Assembly: GCF_001194135.2 (NCBI RefSeq)
Contig: NC_068981.1
Coordinates: forward strand, 173,298,463 to 173,333,503
Direction of reading: 5' to 3'
Length of the DNA stretch: 35,041 nucleotides
Source of the DNA: Octopus bimaculoides
Lineage: Eukaryota
Within the stretch, counting starts at the first letter, position 1, and each line of letters begins with the position of its first letter. Positions 34,220 to 35,041 of this stretch are shown one piece after another. The notes below the pieces were generated by a model. It had not been told where the DNA came from. It searched no databases and was given only the letters and a program-made list of their open reading frames with translations. A program made the position numbers and the translations under genes.

Positions 34220-34500
34220 TAATAAAATTTCAAATTGCATTCATCTCATGTATGCTACTTTTGGGAAACCATGCAAAAGAGTGTCTACCATTGCAATGGA
34301 ATTAAGACATGCACTAAGTTGATGGCATACAAATGGTATTCTTCACAACCTCCTTGTACAGATATCAAATCAGGATAGTTAGATGAAAGAGAGAAAACTT
34401 CCAGAGAAGGTGTGTAGCATCTTGTGCATGTGATGACAAGACCATGTTATAAGAAAATTCTTGGTCGGACCAAACTCAACAGCATTATGCCTGAGGTTAT
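34220..34500 (+). mobile_element. Highly decayed RTE-like LINE fragment
   Basis: The + frame ISNCIHLMYATFGKPCKRV...CSILCM**QDHV weakly recalls RTE ASAAFGRL.KRVW...ILGIRWQDRV. Confidence 0.35.
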
Positions 34501-34757
34501 TTCATCACCAATTGTAATGGTATGATCCTGAAGAATCTCCTCTCCCTGTCATATGCCTGGAAAATAAGTCATGAGAGATTGTGGAGAAGCAGAAGGTAAG
34601 AGGTTTGCCAATTTTTCCTGCAAAATGATGATCAGAGATTGTGAGTGGGTGTTCTGGACTGCAAAGTAGTGTATCAGTGAAAATCAGGATGACACATATA
34701 GGCAATGACAGATGCACACGATCCTCACTGAGAAAGAGACATGGAAATGTTACTATG

Positions 34758-35041
34758 TCATCATCATCATCATCGTTTAACGTCCGCTTTCCATGCTAGC
34801 ATGGGTTGGACGATTTGACTGAGGACTGGTGAAACCGGATGGCAACACCAGGCTCCAGTCTGATTTGGCAGAGTTTCTACAGCTGGATGCCCTTCCTAAC
34901 GCCAACCACTCAGAGAGTGTAGTGGGTGCTTTTACGTGTCACCCGCACGAAAACGGCCACGCTCGAAATGGTGTCTTTTATGTGCCACCCGCACAAGCCA
35001 GTCCAGGGGCACTGGCAACGATCTCGCTCGAAAATCCTACA
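34758..35041 (-). mobile_element. Young (GAT)n-tailed LINE 3' end; cut by the window edge
   Basis: Reverse complement matches 21935-22216 with 4 mismatches and 1-200 with 1 mismatch. Confidence 0.88.

Overview
AT-rich, repeat-dense metazoan genomic DNA, most likely from an octopus (inferred from the SINE/LINE families and microsatellite load, not proven). It holds the 3' parts of two convergent multi-exon genes, which I assembled by reading GT-AG splice sites. On the + strand is a WDR88-like WD40 gene (5 exons, 5735-15520, ending in a CxxC...CxxC tail). On the - strand is gamma-SNAP/NAPG (8 exons, 33699-19696, including an 18-nt microexon). The 5' exons of both genes were not found and probably lie outside the window. 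Introns carry many copies of a (GAT)n-tailed LINE 3' end, three tRNA-derived SINE families (three copies keep intact target-site duplications), decayed RTE and CR1/L2-type LINE fragments, an unclassified ~220-bp repeat, microsatellites and two 10-N gaps. Apart from partial overlaps with true exons, the supplied ORFs are spurious or TE-derived. I see no clearly new enzymatic system. The best leads are RNA-structural: two strong intronic hairpins, near-identical inverted LINE ends arranged around exons, and an RFX/NF-Y module inside an intron.
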